The position numbers and the translations under genes were made by a program. Of a DNA stretch of 64,000 bases, positions 1 through 10,900 are shown one piece after another (position 1 is the stretch's first letter; each line of letters starts with the position of its first letter). Origin of the DNA: Candidatus Latescibacterota bacterium (GTDB taxonomy: Bacteria; Latescibacterota; UBA2968; UBA8231); contig CBDETY010000003.1 of assembly GCA_965243025.1 (NCBI GenBank), positions 2,144,001-2,208,000 of the forward strand, in the 5' to 3' direction. Below the pieces are notes generated by a model. It searched no databases. It saw only the letters and a program-made list of their open reading frames with translations, and had not been told where the DNA came from.

Positions 1-206
1 GCATCGCGGTCCTTCCCGGGTTCAAGCGGGTCCCGACGGTCACCCCGTGGCGTAATTTGCGGGCCCCCTGACTCCATGCCTCCCCTTGACGGGTTTCGCC
101 ATTCAGCCCCCCGGGGACAGACCCCCCTGCCATTCCACGGGAAACCGGCAGCCGGCGCTTCAAAATCCCCGGCGTTTCGCAGCTGGATGAACACGCACTC
201 TTTCAG

Positions 207-1271
207 ATGAAAATCGCCACCGTCATCGGCGCCCGCCCCCAGTTCGTGAAAGCCGCCGCGGTTTCCCGCCTTCTCGCCGCCCGACCCGGCGACCGCGAGC
301 TGCTCATCCATACCGGCCAGCATTACGACCGGGGGATGTCGGCGATCTTCTTCTCCGACCTCGGCATACCCGAGCCGGCCTGCAACCTCGGCATCGGCTC
401 CGGTTCCCACGGAGAGCAGACCGGCCGCATGATGATCGCCCTCGAGCCGGTACTGCTCGGGGAACGGCCCGACCTGCTGCTGGTATACGGCGACACGAAC
501 TCGACCCTGGCCGGCGCCCTGACCGCGGCCAAGCTGCACATCCCCGTTGCCCACGTTGAGGCGGGGCTGAGAAGCTTCAACCGGCGCATGCCGGAGGAGG
601 TCAACCGGGAGCTGACCGACCGGCTTTCGCGCTGGCTTTTCTGCCCGACTCCTGCCGCGGTGCGGAATCTCGCCGACGAGGGAATCCGCCGGGGTGTCTT
701 CCACTCCGGGGACGTGATGCTCGACGTCCACCTTCTGTTCGCGGACCTGGCGGAGAAACGCTCCACCGTGCTCGCCGATCAGGGCCTGCGCCGGGGGGAG
801 TATTTCCTGGCGACCCTTCACCGGGCGGAAAACACCGACTCCCCCGAACGCCTGCGGGAGATCTTCGCCGCCCTGGGGGATCTCGGCAGTCCCGTGTTTC
901 TGCCTCTGCACCCGCGCACCCGCAAGGCGGTCGAGGTACTGGGACTGAAAATGGCTCCCTCGGTCCGCCTCGCCGACCCGGTCTCCTACTTCGACATGGT
1001 GCTGCTGCAGAAAAACGCCAGGGCGGTTCTCACCGACTCAGGGGGCATGCAGAAGGAGGCCTGGTTCTGCCGCACCCCCTGCGTCACCCTGCGCGACGAA
1101 ACCGAGTGGACGGAGACGGTCGAGGCCGGGTGGAACCGCCTGGCCGGCGCCGACAGGGAGGCGATTCTCGGGGCGGTCGAAAGCTTCGAACGCCAGGCCC
1201 CGGCCGGGAGCATCGACGCCTACGGCGACGGCACCTCGGCGCGGAAAATCGTCGACATTCTGACATCCTGA
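207..1271 (+). CDS. wecB: UDP-N-acetylglucosamine 2-epimerase (non-hydrolysing)
   Basis: Motifs GARPQFVK, HTGQHYD, VYGDTNSTLAGAL, HVEAGLRS, TDSGGMQKEA and LRDETEW. Confidence 0.95.
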   Translation: MKIATVIGARPQFVKAAAVSRLLAARPGDRELLIHTGQHYDRGMSAIFFSDLGIPEPACNLGIGSGSHGEQTGRMMIALEPVLLGERPDLLLVYGDTNSTLAGALTAAKLHIPVAHVEAGLRSFNRRMPEEVNRELTDRLSRWLFCPTPAAVRNLADEGIRRGVFHSGDVMLDVHLLFADLAEKRSTVLADQGLRRGEYFLATLHRAENTDSPERLREIFAALGDLGSPVFLPLHPRTRKAVEVLGLKMAPSVRLADPVSYFDMVLLQKNARAVLTDSGGMQKEAWFCRTPCVTLRDETEWTETVEAGWNRLAGADREAILGAVESFERQAPAGSIDAYGDGTSARKIVDILTS

Positions 1272-1275
1272 GGCC

Positions 1276-1435
1276 CTGTGTCTGTCCGCAAACGGATTGC
1301 CGAGGCCCGGCCCGCGAGGCCTCCGGTCGGCGTGGAACTGGGCGGGGACACCGGGGTGTACGGCGAGCGAATGCCGCCCGGCGATCCGCAGGAATCGGCC
1401 GCAGAATGGCGGATATTGACCGGACCGGACAGTAG
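1276..1435 (-). mobile_element. Degenerate MITE-like element related to the 168-bp repeats at 29198 and 31108
   Basis: GGGTGTACGGCGAGCGAA (1354-1371) is the exact reverse complement of 29264-29281. Further patchy similarity, similar length, and the element ends GGACAGTAG just before the next ATG. Confidence 0.55.
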
Positions 1436-3130
1436 ATGCTCGACCTGATCGCAGCCTCTCCCGCAGTCGGCAACCGCAGTTTCGAGGAGGCGGTATCCCT
1501 TTTCCGCCGCAACTTTCCCGTTCATTCCGGCATTGCGGTTGCCACGGCCCCGGGCCAGGCCCCCGCTGCTCTGGTGTACGGCGACTGCTCTTCAGATTCC
1601 CTGCGCTCCCATGCGGAGACCTGCCGCGGCCTGGTCGCCATCCCCGCCCTGCCGCCGGCCGGTCCCTCCTCCTGCGGCGCTGCGGACGCCTACCGGCTCG
1701 ACGGGGCCACCGTTCCCCTGTTCACACCTGTGGAAGCGCCGGAAATCCCGGGTTTCCGGCCTTTCGCGCAGACCGAACACGGGCGGACCCTGGCCCTGGA
1801 GGGCCGGCTCGGTGCGGCGGAAGTGGTGGTTTTCACCGCGGATCTGGTCTCGGAATCGCACCAGCTGCTCAGCGGCGCTTTCGAAGCGGGGACCGGAACC
1901 GACGTCCACGGCCGCCACAACCCCGCCCACCCCGAAACCTGCCGCACCCCCGCCGCATCCTTTCACTTCAACCTGGTCGCCAATGCCGTGCGCCGCGTCT
2001 GCGACAGGGCGGGGCTTCCCCTGCTCTCCATCCCGCGCTGGCCGGCCGCCGCACCGATGGCCCTGTTCCTCAGCCACGACGTCGACGCCGTCAGGAAGTG
2101 GACGGGCAAGCGGGTGCTGTACGAGCTGGCGCGTTCGGCGGTGCGGCGGGAGAACCCCGGCCCGACGCTGCGCTCCATCGCCGCCGGCCTCGGCGGCCGG
2201 GACCCCTACTGGAGCTTCGACGAGCTGCTCGAGCTGGAAGCCGGGTTCGGGTTTCCTTCGACCTGGTTCTTCGCCCCGTTCGGCGGAGACTACGACCGCC
2301 GCACGCGGCCGATTGATCCGGTGTACCGGCGCCCGGCAAGCGAGCTCGCCGAGGCCTTCGGCAGGATCCGGGACAGGGGCTGCGAGATCGGCCTCCACGG
2401 AGTCCGGAACTCCTTCGCCGATGCCGCCGAGCTGCTCCGGCAGCGGGAAAACCTCGAGCAGCAGGCGCGCAGCAGGCTCGACGGCCTCCGCTTTCACTAC
2501 CTGATGTTCCGCCACGGCAGCACCCACGCCGCGGCGGCCGGAGCGGGCCTGCGCTACGATGCCAGCCGGGGGTTTTCCGACCGCGCCGGGTTTCGCGACG
2601 GCATGGCCGCCCCCTGGTTCCCTCTCCCGGAAGGGAGCGACCTCGTCGAGCTGCCACTGCACTGCATGGACGGCCTGTTCCTGCACGCCTCGGACCCCGA
2701 AACGGCTGCCGCCGAGGTCCTCGAGGCCTACCGTCTCGCCAGGGCGGCTGGAGGCATGTTCAGCTTCCTCCTCCACCCCGGCTGTCTCGACCCGCTGGAA
2801 ATCCCCGGGCTCGAGGCCTTCTACCGGGATCTTCTCTCCCGAGCCCGGGACGAAGGCTGCCTGGGCATGACGGGACGGCAGCTGTGCCGCTGGTGGCTGG
2901 CCAGGGAGCGGGTCCTGAAAAGCCTCGAGTTCAGTCCCGGCCGCTTCAGAATCGCCGGGGTTCCGGTCCCCGGGGAGATGGAGTTCGCCTTTTCCGTTCC
3001 CTCCGGGTCCGGGCTGGAGGTGTCGCTGGAAAACGGCGAGGCCGCGGCGCAGCGCCGCCGGAACGGCGCCCTGCTGTTGCGTCCCGGGCCGGTTGATCCC
3101 GGGCGCGGGATCACCTTCCTCCTGGGGTGA
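1436..3130 (+). CDS. Polysaccharide deacetylase (NodB/CE4-like) family protein
   Basis: Motifs LFLSHDVD, STWFF, EIGLHG, GLRFHYL, YDAS..F...GFR.G, ELPLHCMD and LLHP; lies between wecB and a GT4. Confidence 0.8.
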   Translation: MLDLIAASPAVGNRSFEEAVSLFRRNFPVHSGIAVATAPGQAPAALVYGDCSSDSLRSHAETCRGLVAIPALPPAGPSSCGAADAYRLDGATVPLFTPVEAPEIPGFRPFAQTEHGRTLALEGRLGAAEVVVFTADLVSESHQLLSGAFEAGTGTDVHGRHNPAHPETCRTPAASFHFNLVANAVRRVCDRAGLPLLSIPRWPAAAPMALFLSHDVDAVRKWTGKRVLYELARSAVRRENPGPTLRSIAAGLGGRDPYWSFDELLELEAGFGFPSTWFFAPFGGDYDRRTRPIDPVYRRPASELAEAFGRIRDRGCEIGLHGVRNSFADAAELLRQRENLEQQARSRLDGLRFHYLMFRHGSTHAAAAGAGLRYDASRGFSDRAGFRDGMAAPWFPLPEGSDLVELPLHCMDGLFLHASDPETAAAEVLEAYRLARAAGGMFSFLLHPGCLDPLEIPGLEAFYRDLLSRARDEGCLGMTGRQLCRWWLARERVLKSLEFSPGRFRIAGVPVPGEMEFAFSVPSGSGLEVSLENGEAAAQRRRNGALLLRPGPVDPGRGITFLLG

Positions 3131-3149
3131 CGGGGGTGCGGAGTAACCG

Positions 3150-4394
3150 ATGAGCCCGCCTGCACAGGTGCTGGTTCTGGTCGTCGACGAGGTCCTGGAG
3201 GACGGGCGCGTCTTCAAGACCTGCACTTCTCTGCGCGATGCCGGGGCCCGGGTCACCGTGGGCTGCACCAATCCGGGGGGCCGCCCCGAAAAAGAGGTGC
3301 GCGAAGGCCTTAAGATCGTGCGCTTTCCCCACCCTCCCGAATTCTTCCTCAAGCGCTGGCACTCGCGGCTTCAGGGCCGCTTGGGCCGCCGGCTGGGAGG
3401 GGCGGCCTCGAGCCTGCACGAGCAGACCTCCCCTTCGGGGCTCCGGTCCCTCCTCCGGACCGCGGTGCTGTCGGCGAACTTTCGCCACCTGCTGCGAACC
3501 ACCGCCGCGGCCAACCAGCGGATGATCCGGGCCTTTCGCGGCGGGCGCTACGACCTCGTTCACTGCAACGACCTTCTCACCCTGGAGGCAGGGGTCGGGC
3601 TCAAGGACTCCGGGGCTGCCCGCGAACTGCTCTACGACGCGCACGAGTTCTGGCCTGGAATGGCCTCCGAGGGCAGCCTGGCGAACCGCGCCTGGGGGAA
3701 GATGGAAGGGGAATTGATCGGCCGCGCCGATCGCGTCGTCACCGTCAATCCATTCATCGCGGAGCTGCTGGAGAAGACCTACCGGCTGCCGCGCACCCCG
3801 GCAGTGGTCATGAACTGCCCCCCGCTTGCCGCTGACGGGCAAGGGCGCACCGCCGGCGACCCGGTGCGCGTGCTGTACCAGGGAAGGCTCCAGGCCTACC
3901 GGGGCCTCGAGGAGCTGGTTCTGGCTTTCGCGAAAGTCGAGGGAGGCACCCTGACGGTTTCCGGGGACGGCCCGTTGCTGGGAGGGCTGCGGGCGCTTGT
4001 GGAATCCGAGGGGCTCGGAGGAACAGTGCGGTTCAGCGGCCGTTTCGCACGGGACGGGGGAATGCGGGTTATCGGGGAATGCGACATCGGCGTGATCCCC
4101 TACAAGCCGGTGAACCTCAACAACACCTATGCCTCCCCCAACAAGCTGTTCGAGTACATGATGGGGGGACTCGCCCTGGCCACGAGCAACCTGCCGTTCC
4201 TGTCCAGCGTCGTGGCGGCCGAAAAGGCGGGGATCGTCTTCCGAAGCCTCGAGCCGGCCGAGATCGCCATTGACCTCAACAGGTTGATCGGCGATCGGCA
4301 GGCCCTTCAGCGATTCCGGGACGCGGCCCGGGGCGCAGCCCGCCAACGCTACCACTGGGACCGGCAGTTTTCGCACTATCCCTGGGGACCCTAG
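3150..4394 (+). CDS. Glycosyltransferase family 4
   Basis: Motifs VHCNDL, LYDAHE, LYQGRL...RGLEEL and SPNKLFEYMMGG. Confidence 0.9.
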   Translation: MSPPAQVLVLVVDEVLEDGRVFKTCTSLRDAGARVTVGCTNPGGRPEKEVREGLKIVRFPHPPEFFLKRWHSRLQGRLGRRLGGAASSLHEQTSPSGLRSLLRTAVLSANFRHLLRTTAAANQRMIRAFRGGRYDLVHCNDLLTLEAGVGLKDSGAARELLYDAHEFWPGMASEGSLANRAWGKMEGELIGRADRVVTVNPFIAELLEKTYRLPRTPAVVMNCPPLAADGQGRTAGDPVRVLYQGRLQAYRGLEELVLAFAKVEGGTLTVSGDGPLLGGLRALVESEGLGGTVRFSGRFARDGGMRVIGECDIGVIPYKPVNLNNTYASPNKLFEYMMGGLALATSNLPFLSSVVAAEKAGIVFRSLEPAEIAIDLNRLIGDRQALQRFRDAARGAARQRYHWDRQFSHYPWGP

Positions 4395-4641
4395 TCCCGG
4401 TCCCCGTATCCCCCTGGATCCGGCCGCGGCAGGGCGGACAGACAGAGAACCAGGGCCGAGGGCCTTTTCACCCCACTGGCCCGGGAACCCCTGCCCGAAC
4501 CGGGCGCCTGATCGACCCGATCATTACAGCCCGGTCCCGGCCGCAGGAGAGACCGGACACCGGTTCCGGCCATGAACCGGCGAGCTTTACAGGTTCGTCT
4601 GCCACACCCCGAAAAACCTTTGTTTCTCAAGGCCGCCGTGG

Positions 4642-4658
4642 TACCTTGTAGCAAGGTA
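4642..4658. promoter_or_regulatory. Candidate operator: inverted repeat upstream of the TonB receptor operon
   Basis: TACCTTG-TAG-CAAGGTA with perfect 7-bp arms, followed by a GC hairpin, about 155 nt upstream of the ATG at 4814. Confidence 0.3.
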
Positions 4659-4813
4659 TCCCGGGGGGCTGTTTCGGGCCCCCGGCAATGGCGGCACGGC
4701 CGTTGCGACCGGCGGCGAAGTCAGCCCGACCTGCCGCCCCGGCACTCGGGCCTGAGCGAACCGCGCGGACGGAGACCCGGCCGGCCGGACCTGTCGAGAG
4801 AGGAGGGTTGTCC

Positions 4814-7800
4814 ATGCTGAACCCCCGTTTGTTCCGTCTGCTGACGGCGGCCGCCTGCGCCGCCCTTTTCGGAGCTGACCCGGCGAATGCTGCCGGAGGA
4901 AAGATCACCGGGACGGTGAGCGATGCCCTGACCGGGTACGCCCTGCCCGATGCCAACGTCCTCCTGGTGGAGACCGAGGCCGGCGCCGAGACCGATACCG
5001 AGGGGCGCTTCTTCTTCCTCAACGTCGCCCCCGGCCTCTATACCCTCAGAGTCACCTACGTCGGGTACCGGCCCGTCACCATGGAGGGGGTGCGCGTCTC
5101 CGCCGATCTCACCACCGATCTCGAGTTCGTTCTCGGCAGCGAGGCGATCGAGGTCGAGGAGGTGGTGATCCAGGCGGAGCGCCCCATCATCGACAAGAAC
5201 GCAACCAACGCGGTGCGCATCGTCGATGCCGAAGACATCGAGATCCTGCCCGGCCGGGGACTGGGCTCGGTGATCAACCTGCAGCCCGGGGTGGTGATAG
5301 ATGAAGGCGTGCTGCACATCCGCGGCTCCCGGTCCGACGAGATCGGCTTCTACGTCGACGGGACCAGCGTGCGCAACCCGGTTTCCGGCGGCAGAGCGGT
5401 CAGCCTGATCGACGAGGCCCTGCAGGAGATCCAGCTGCAGGCCGGGGGCTTCAACGCCGAGTACGGCGGCGCCAACGCCGGCATCATCCTGCAGGAACTG
5501 CGCACCGGCGCCCCCGACTGGGAGGTCGGATTCCTGACCGAGACGGACAATTTCACTTCGAAATACGAGGAACGCTTCGGCACCTACTCATACGGCTACT
5601 CCAGCCAGGTCCTCACCTTGAGCGGTCCGGTGGCCGGCAACAGGGTCCGGGCTTTCCTGGCGGGGCAGCGCCGGGTGCAGGACTCGGTGCCTACCTATTG
5701 GGAGGGCTTCGAGTTCGAGAACCTGGCCGACTCGGGAGACCGGGGCGGGCGCATCCACTGGCGCGAGGACGACGATGGCAACGCCATCCCCGACACCGTG
5801 AACCTGCGGCTGCAACCGGGCAACATCGATCACACCGGCTCGGAGCGCCTCACTTTCAACGGCACCCTGCTCGTCGACCTGCAGCCCTTCCAGCTGCGCC
5901 TCACCAGCCTCTACTCCGCCACGAACGGGGAGCGCAACCTCGCCCCCGTCTACAGCATGCTGAACACGGGTCGCCTGTCCGAGTGGGAGCGGGCGTCGAG
6001 TCTTTACAATCTCAAGGCCATCCACTTCCTCGATCCCAGGACGTTCTACGAGGTCAACGTCAGTCTCTACAGTCAGGACCGAAAGATCTTCGACCCGCAT
6101 TTCAGAGACGACTTCCTGCTCTACAACGACAGCCTCGCCGTCGCCGGGATCGACCCCGATTTCATCCCCTACTCGGCCCAGGGGATCTCGCTGCGGGATC
6201 TTGATCTCAACGGCTTCCCCTTTTCCCGGCCGGGCGACCTGGCTGCCGGCTACGGCAAGGAGGAGGACGGCTACCACGGAGTCAGCGGCAGCCTGACGCG
6301 CCAGACCGACAACCACGAGTACAAGGTCGGCTTCGACCTCCAGCGCTGGACTTCCCGGCGCTACGGCGTCGGCGCGGGCGGGCTCCGTTTCGCCATCAAG
6401 AACCGCTACCCGGAGCTGGATGAGGTCTACGACGAGTACTACGACGGGTCGATCGACGCCGGCGAGCTGTTGGACGCGGTCATCGCCAAAGCCGAGACCC
6501 TGCCGGACGGCGAGGGCAGCCTGGAGGACTTCGCCAGCCTGGTCCGCAACACGAGCCGGGCCGACTACTTCGGGTACGACGCCTTCGGGCGCCGGGACCA
6601 GGGGAGCGGCCTGGAGGCGCCGCGCCGTCCGCTGCTGGCCTCGGCGTTTTTCCAGGACAAGATCGAGTACCGCGACCTCATCGTGAACGCCGGGCTGCGC
6701 TGGGACTACTACGACGTCGACAGCTACCGCTTCAAGGATCCGCGGGCTCCGGCTCGCGACGATTCGCTCTACACAATCGACCTCGGCTCGATGACGAAGA
6801 CCCGCACCTTCAACGAGATCACCCCGCGGCTCGGCTTCTCGTTCCCGGTGTCGGACGTGACCGTCTTCCACGTCCAGTACGGCCGCTTCTCGCAGATGCC
6901 GGCGATGCGCTCCATGTTCGCCGGCGGGGCGCGGCTGGCCCTGGAGCTGGGCGGGCAGAACTTCATCTCCGTGCCGACGGCCTTCGACATCGAGCCGGTC
7001 CGCACCACCCAGTACGAGATCGGCTTCGAGCGCCAGTTCACCGCGGACGCCTCCTTCGACATCACCGGCTTCTACCGCGACGTCAAGGGGCAGCTGCACC
7101 TGCAGCGGCAGGACGTCTCGGCCGAAGCGGTGGACGCAAACGCCTACAACTTCCTGCAGAACGGCGACTTCGCCACCACCAAGGGCCTTGAGTTCGTCTT
7201 CAAGCTGCGCCGCGTGAACCGCCTGCGCACCGAGCTCAACTACACCCTGTCCGACGCCCGCGGCACCGGGTCGTCGATCAACTCGGCGGTTTCCGGGGTC
7301 GAGAACAACACCAACCTGCCGACGATCATCTCGCCGCTGGACTTCAACGAGACGCACCGGGGCAACATCTTTCTCGACTACCGCTTCGCGGACAACGACG
7401 GCGGGGCCATCCTCGAGAACCTGGGGGCCAACCTGCTGATGAAGTTCAGCAGCGGCCACAACTTCACCCTCTTCACCGGGTCCATCGGCCAGCGCGGCCC
7501 GGAGGAAGGCGGCATCCTCGCCGGCGACGATCCGCGCTCGCGCAAGCCCGCCGAGAGCATCAACGTGTCCTCGACCCCATGGACCTTCGAGGTCGACTTC
7601 AAAGTCGACAAGGAGGTCGATCTCTTCGGGACCGGTGCAAAGGTCTACATGTACGTGTACAACCTTTTCAACCGCCGGAACGTGATCAACGTGTACGGCC
7701 GCACCGGCAACGCCGAGGACGACGGCTTCCTCACCAACCCGGATCTGAGCAGTCAGATCGTCGAAGCCAGCGGCGGCCAGACTTACCGGCAGCTGTACGA

Positions 7801-7903
7801 GGCGATCAACCTCGCCAACCGGCAGCACTACTGGACAACCCAGGGCGGCGACATTCTCGGCGACCCGCGCCAGATCCGCTTCGGCGTCGAACTGGGACTC
7901 TAG
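4814..7903 (+). CDS. TonB-dependent receptor (CarboxypepD_reg-like N-domain, plug, barrel)
   Basis: AGGAGG at 4801-4806 precedes ATG 4814. Signal peptide, GKITGTVSDA, IRGSRSDE...YVDG, GGFNAEYG, C-terminal PRQIRFGVELGL. Confidence 0.9.
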   Translation: MLNPRLFRLLTAAACAALFGADPANAAGGKITGTVSDALTGYALPDANVLLVETEAGAETDTEGRFFFLNVAPGLYTLRVTYVGYRPVTMEGVRVSADLTTDLEFVLGSEAIEVEEVVIQAERPIIDKNATNAVRIVDAEDIEILPGRGLGSVINLQPGVVIDEGVLHIRGSRSDEIGFYVDGTSVRNPVSGGRAVSLIDEALQEIQLQAGGFNAEYGGANAGIILQELRTGAPDWEVGFLTETDNFTSKYEERFGTYSYGYSSQVLTLSGPVAGNRVRAFLAGQRRVQDSVPTYWEGFEFENLADSGDRGGRIHWREDDDGNAIPDTVNLRLQPGNIDHTGSERLTFNGTLLVDLQPFQLRLTSLYSATNGERNLAPVYSMLNTGRLSEWERASSLYNLKAIHFLDPRTFYEVNVSLYSQDRKIFDPHFRDDFLLYNDSLAVAGIDPDFIPYSAQGISLRDLDLNGFPFSRPGDLAAGYGKEEDGYHGVSGSLTRQTDNHEYKVGFDLQRWTSRRYGVGAGGLRFAIKNRYPELDEVYDEYYDGSIDAGELLDAVIAKAETLPDGEGSLEDFASLVRNTSRADYFGYDAFGRRDQGSGLEAPRRPLLASAFFQDKIEYRDLIVNAGLRWDYYDVDSYRFKDPRAPARDDSLYTIDLGSMTKTRTFNEITPRLGFSFPVSDVTVFHVQYGRFSQMPAMRSMFAGGARLALELGGQNFISVPTAFDIEPVRTTQYEIGFERQFTADASFDITGFYRDVKGQLHLQRQDVSAEAVDANAYNFLQNGDFATTKGLEFVFKLRRVNRLRTELNYTLSDARGTGSSINSAVSGVENNTNLPTIISPLDFNETHRGNIFLDYRFADNDGGAILENLGANLLMKFSSGHNFTLFTGSIGQRGPEEGGILAGDDPRSRKPAESINVSSTPWTFEVDFKVDKEVDLFGTGAKVYMYVYNLFNRRNVINVYGRTGNAEDDGFLTNPDLSSQIVEASGGQTYRQLYEAINLANRQHYWTTQGGDILGDPRQIRFGVELGL

Positions 7904-7924
7904 ACGAGGAAGGGGGAGCGACCC

Positions 7925-10900
7925 GTGAAGAAGCTCATCACCTTCGTGGCGGCCGGGGCGCTGCTTGGGGCCACAGACCCCGTGGAAGGCCGCGGCCTTC
8001 AGGCCTACGGGGCGGCCAAGGCCGCCCAGGACGAGACCATATCCGGCCAGCAGACCCTGATCAACGTCAACAACATGTCCATGTGGTTCAAACGCGACGG
8101 CTGGTCCGGGCGCAACCCGCTGAACGACAACTCCGGGGTGACCTTCCCGCGGTCCACGGGGGCGGTCATCTTCCAGGACGGCCTGATCTGGGGAGGCATG
8201 GTCAGGGACGGCGATCCCCAGGAGTTGCGCGTCGGCGGCCAGACCTACGCGATCGGCACCGTTCCCGGCCGCATCCTCAGCAGGGGCGTGGCCGAGGATC
8301 CGGGGGACCCGGGGGTGCGCATCTACCGGATCCGCCGTGATTACCGGACGGCTGATCTGCGCCTCGACGCCTCCGAGGGCCTGGGGGTCGGCCTCAGCTC
8401 GGTGACCGACGGCGACGTCGAGGATTTGCGGGCCCAGTACGAGCGCGACTGGCGCGAGTGGCCCTGGGAGAAGGGGGCGCCGTACTACGACAACGACGGC
8501 GACGGCTCCTACGACCCGGACGTCGACGAACCCGGGGTGGCCGGAGCCGACCAGGTGGCCTGGTTCGTCGTCAACGACCTCGACGAGGGGGCCACCCAGG
8601 CCCTCTACGGCTCAAATCCGATCGGGCTGGAAGTGCAGATGCTGTTCTGGGCCTATGCCCGCACCGACGCCCTCGGCGACGTGATCTTCAAGAAGTACAC
8701 CGTCATCTACAAGGGGGCCAGCGCCACCCCGGACACGGCCCGCATCGAGGATATGTACTTCGCCCAGTGGTCGGACCCCGACCTCGGCGACTACGGCGAC
8801 GACTTCGCAGGGGCCGACGTCGGCCTGAGCCTGGGGTACGTGTACAACTCCACCGACCACGATCACACCTACGACTTCTTCGGGCTGGCGCCGCCGGCGG
8901 TGGGGTACGACTTCCTTCAAGGCCCCGTGGTGCCGGTTTATCTCAAGGACGACAATGGAGATACCCTGCTCGACGAAGATGGGAACCCCGTTCTCGACGG
9001 GAGTTCCGAGGCGATCTTCAACTTTGGACTGCGGCCCGGGTTCCGCAACCTGCCCATGACGTCGTTCGTGTATTTCGCCGCAGGTTCGGCGATCAGCGAC
9101 CCGGAACTTGGAGACTACATCGGCACCCAGCAGTGGTACAACCTGCTGCGCGGTTTTCAGCCGCAGCCGGATATCGACAACCCGGTGCCCTACACCAACC
9201 CCCTGACCGGCGAGGCCACCTTCTTCACCCTCGACGGCGATCCGACCACCGCCCAGGGCTGGAACGACGGCGTCCCACTGCCCTCGGGCGACCGGCGCAT
9301 CGTGCTGAATACCGGGCCTTTCGAGATGGCCCTGGGAGATACGCAGGAAGTCGTGGTCGCCCTGCTGGGGGGCATCTCCACCGACCGCCTGCGCAGCGTC
9401 TCCAAGCTCAAGTTCAGCGACCAGTTCGTGCAGGACGCGTACAACAGCTTCTTCGAGGTGCCCTCGCCGCCGGTGGGGCCGGACGTGCGGGTCACCGAGC
9501 TGGAGGCCAGGGTCCTGCTCGACTGGGGCTGGAACGAGGATGCGATCGCGCAGACAGAAGCAGACGACGGGTCGGGTTTCCTCTTCGAGGGGTACAACCT
9601 CTACCAGCTGCCCTCGGCCGAGGCTCCCCTCGGCCAGGGGACGCGCCTTGCCACCTACGACCTGGAGAACGGGGTCGCGTCGATTCTCGGAATCGCTCTC
9701 GACGACGAGTCGGGGGTCATCCTCGACGTCCCTCTGCAGATCGGGGCCGATTTCGGCGTCCGGCGCAGGGTGTGGGTGACCCACGACGCCCTGCGCGGAG
9801 GCCCCCTGGTCAACGGTCAGGAGTACTACTTCGCAGTCACCGCATACAACCGCAACACCGCCGAAGAGGCCGCGGTGACCACCCTGGAGAGCAGCCCCAG
9901 GACGCTCATCTGCGTGCCCCGGAAGCCGCCGCCGGGAACCCGCTACGGGACCGAGGCGGATGACAGCATACCGGTCGACCACCTCGGAGGCAGCGAGGGA
10001 ACGGTGCTGGTCAAAGTCGTGGACCCGACCCGTACTACCGGGGATTCCTACCAGGTGGAGTTCGGGGAAATGGAAGGGACCGTGGTCTGGAACCTGGTCA
10101 ACACGACCTCGGGCGAGGCGGTCCTGGAGAATCAGACCGACCAGACGGGCATGTCCAACTACATGCCCGATGACGGCTTCGAATTCATGGTCTCCGGTCC
10201 CCCGCTCGCCATCAAGGGCTGGACCTGGATGCGGGACGGAGAGCCGAATGACGATGACCGCTGGCTCACCGGGGTCAACTGGGGAGGGGGCTCCTTTTTC
10301 GGTGGCGTGGACCTCGGGGCGTATTTCTTCGGCAGCTCCATCGTCACGGGGGCCGAGTTCATCGCCATAGAAATCCGCTTCAGCAACACCGATACCCAGA
10401 AAGCCTACCGGTATCTCAGAGGGGGAGACCCCAACTACGGGTTCCAGGACTTCGTCGAGGTTCCATTCACGGTATGGGATATCGACAGCGATCCCCCGCG
10501 GCAACTGAACGCCGCCTTCGTGGAGAACAGCGGTTCCACCTCGGAAGACGGCACCTGGCTCCCCGCCGATACAGAGGAGGACCGACCCCTGGGAGGGCGC
10601 GAGTACCTCTTCATTCTGAACAGCGACTACAGCGACCAGTCCCTTGCCCAGTACTCGGAGGGCAAGAGCATACTGGCCGACGCCGAAACCTTCGATGTTC
10701 TCTACGCCGGGTGGCTGAAACTGGCCGACGGGCACGAGAGCTCCGAACTGACCGACGGCCAGGCTTTGCGCCTCACCCCTTACCGCGTCAACACCCCGGA
10801 GGACATCTTCAGCTTCCAGGTGCCCGGAACCTCGTTCGATTCCGAGTTGCAGAAGGAGGACGTCGCCCTGATCAACGTCTTCCCCAACCCCTACTACGGC

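Noticed and set aside
1-77. Possible start of a minus-strand gene running off the window
   Set aside because: Only 25 codons visible, the SD is too close to the ATG, and no motif is recognisable
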